The notes under the pieces are model-generated. The model was not told the DNA's origin, ran no database searches, and saw only the letters and a list, made by a program, of their open reading frames with translations. DNA of 17,221 bases from Bacteroides sp. (GTDB taxonomy: Bacteria > Bacteroidota > Bacteroidia > G022818785), in the NCBI GenBank assembly GCA_022818785.1, contig CP063811.1, positions 395,649-412,869 on the forward strand, written 5' to 3'. The position numbers and the translations under genes were made by a program. Position 1 is the stretch's first letter, and every line of letters starts with the position of its first letter. Shown here one piece after another: positions 16,894-17,221 of this stretch.

Positions 16894-17221
16894 AATAAGG
16901 AGATATCATTAAATAAATAATTACACCAGTAATTGTTACATAAAGCCATATTGCTAGAGTATATAAAGATATTTTTTTATGTTGTATAAAATTTTTATTT
17001 AAAGCATAAAAAAATGAGAATAAAACTAGAGGTATTACAAATGCAGCCAAAATTATATGAGTTATTAATATAAAAATGTAAACATTATAAAATAAATTTG
17101 TTTTAGGAAATTGTGTTTGAATACCATTTATATGATACATGACATATAATGTTAAAAATATTATTGATAATATCAATGAACATGTATTACATATTACATG
17201 TATAATAATTTTTTTTTTTTT
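16883..17221 (-). CDS. DUF420 (CtaM/YozB-like) membrane protein, 5'-partial
   Basis: The frame stays open to the window edge (KKKKIIIHVICNTCSLILSIIFLTLYVMYH...). Conserved His pattern H...YH...LITHIILA...HKK...IWLYVTITGVIIYLM. Confidence 0.88.
   Translation of the reverse strand, partial: KKKKIIIHVICNTCSLILSIIFLTLYVMYHINGIQTQFPKTNLFYNVYIFILITHIILAAFVIPLVLFSFFYALNKNFIQHKKISLYTLAIWLYVTITGVIIYLMISPYYVL

Noticed and set aside
1-17221. Alternative genetic code (TGA = Trp), CRISPR arrays, IS or phage elements
   Set aside because: All genes are uninterrupted under code 11, use TGG for Trp and have TGA only at expected C-termini. No repeat-spacer arrays, transposases or integrases were seen, including next to the tRNA.

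Overview
Extremely AT-rich (roughly 20% GC by eye), gene-dense window with almost no intergenic space, read in the standard bacterial code (TGA = stop, Trp = TGG). It looks like a fragment of a strongly reduced Bacteroidota endosymbiont genome (inference from protein motifs, AT bias and gene erosion). It holds 16 CDS and one tRNA: plsC (5'-partial), dnaN, rpsT, pheT, ychF, leuA, leuC, a SCO lipoprotein, aroB, rpoN, asnS, a long UbiD/MqnL-type decarboxylase, tRNA(CAT) (probably Ile2), serC, nuoH, a 75-aa QCAMC membrane protein and a DUF420/CtaM-like protein (5'-partial). I saw no mobile elements, CRISPR arrays or clear pseudogenes. Most notable: (1) a conserved-looking, uncharacterised QCAMC protein coupled to DUF420, with SCO nearby, which may be an undescribed copper/oxidase assembly component; (2) respiratory and futalosine-type menaquinone markers that would be unusual for the familiar flavobacterial insect symbionts; (3) scrambled operons (lone nuoH, leuC without leuD); (4) a PheT lacking its B2 domain and with an eroded editing site; (5) an AsnRS with a ~75-aa coiled-coil-like insert; (6) retained sigma-54 with a repeat/palindrome cluster upstream.
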